Part shown: positions 63,745 to 64,000 of the stretch, piece after piece
How the letters are laid out: each line of letters starts with the position of its first letter
Position numbering within the stretch: the first letter of the stretch is position 1
Origin: a virus
IMG/VR virus record: IMGVR_UViG_3300032308_001297
Location: 64,001 to 128,000 of that record
Strand: one strand, 5' to 3'
Length of the DNA stretch: 64,000 nucleotides
Position numbers and translations under genes: made by a program
Notes under the pieces: generated by a model
Told to the model about the DNA's origin: nothing
The model's input: only the letters and a program-made list of their open reading frames with translations
Databases searched by the model: none

Positions 63745-64000
63745 ATGTCAGAATTGCCAAAACTTGACCACCCTATTCATAACATTTCAATACCTTCTTT
63801 AAAGAAGAATTATAAATTCAGACCATTTCTGGTTAAGGAAGAGAAACTTCTTTTGATGGCCAAGGAAAGTGGAATCGAAACCGACATTTTGGCGGCTATT
63901 AAACAGATAGTTAATAATTGTTCATTAGATCCAAAACTTGATATAAACAAATTATCAATATTCGATCTTGAATATATTTTCTTACGTCTTAGAGCTTTTT
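63745..64000 (+). CDS. gp26: Baseplate hub assembly protein (partial)
   Basis: MSELPKLDHP...FRPFLVKEEKLLLMAKES...FDLEYIFLRLRA; GGAG SD; runs off the window edge. Confidence 0.88.
   Translation, partial: MSELPKLDHPIHNISIPSLKKNYKFRPFLVKEEKLLLMAKESGIETDILAAIKQIVNNCSLDPKLDINKLSIFDLEYIFLRLRAF

Noticed and set aside
1-64000. tRNA/rRNA genes and stop-codon reassignment
   Set aside because: Intergenic gaps are short and no cloverleaf was recognised; core genes translate intact with the standard bacterial code.

Overview
This window is a 64-kb segment of a large, AT-rich T4-superfamily myovirus genome. It is not a T-even phage; the gene order and accessory genes resemble cyanophage or alphaproteobacterial T4-like phages, which is an inference. 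Almost all genes lie on the minus strand. From left to right it contains: (1) a putative DNA base-hypermodification cluster (amidoligase, class II glutamine amidotransferase, TET/JBP dioxygenase, MazG-like pyrophosphatase, DenV-like glycosylase), followed by peptide deformylase and a PG-binding lysozyme; (2) recombination and late-transcription genes gp46, gp47, gp55, uvsW and uvsY; (3) head, tail and packaging genes gp3, gp23-gp20, gp19, gp18, gp17-gp13; (4) a ~15-kb block of Asn/Ser/Thr-rich fibre genes with shared modules, short tip+chaperone cassettes and a polyglycine His-loop adhesin; (5) baseplate genes (VrlC-like giant protein, gp8, gp9/10-like, gp7, gp6, gp25, split gp5, gp27-like, gp53, gp48), then a divergent gp4-gp2-gp54-like-gp26 operon. 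T4-type late promoters (TATAAATA) are clearly visible. The most interesting signals are the TET-GATase-amidoligase cluster, a possible plug-and-socket modular fibre system that includes a 16-codon deletion scar of a lost tip gene, the polyglycine/His adhesin next to a 2OG-Fe(II) hydroxylase, N-x-S/T-rich virion surfaces, and a split gp5 spike with an inserted Gly/Met-rich protein. All calls come from motif recognition by eye; no database searches were run.
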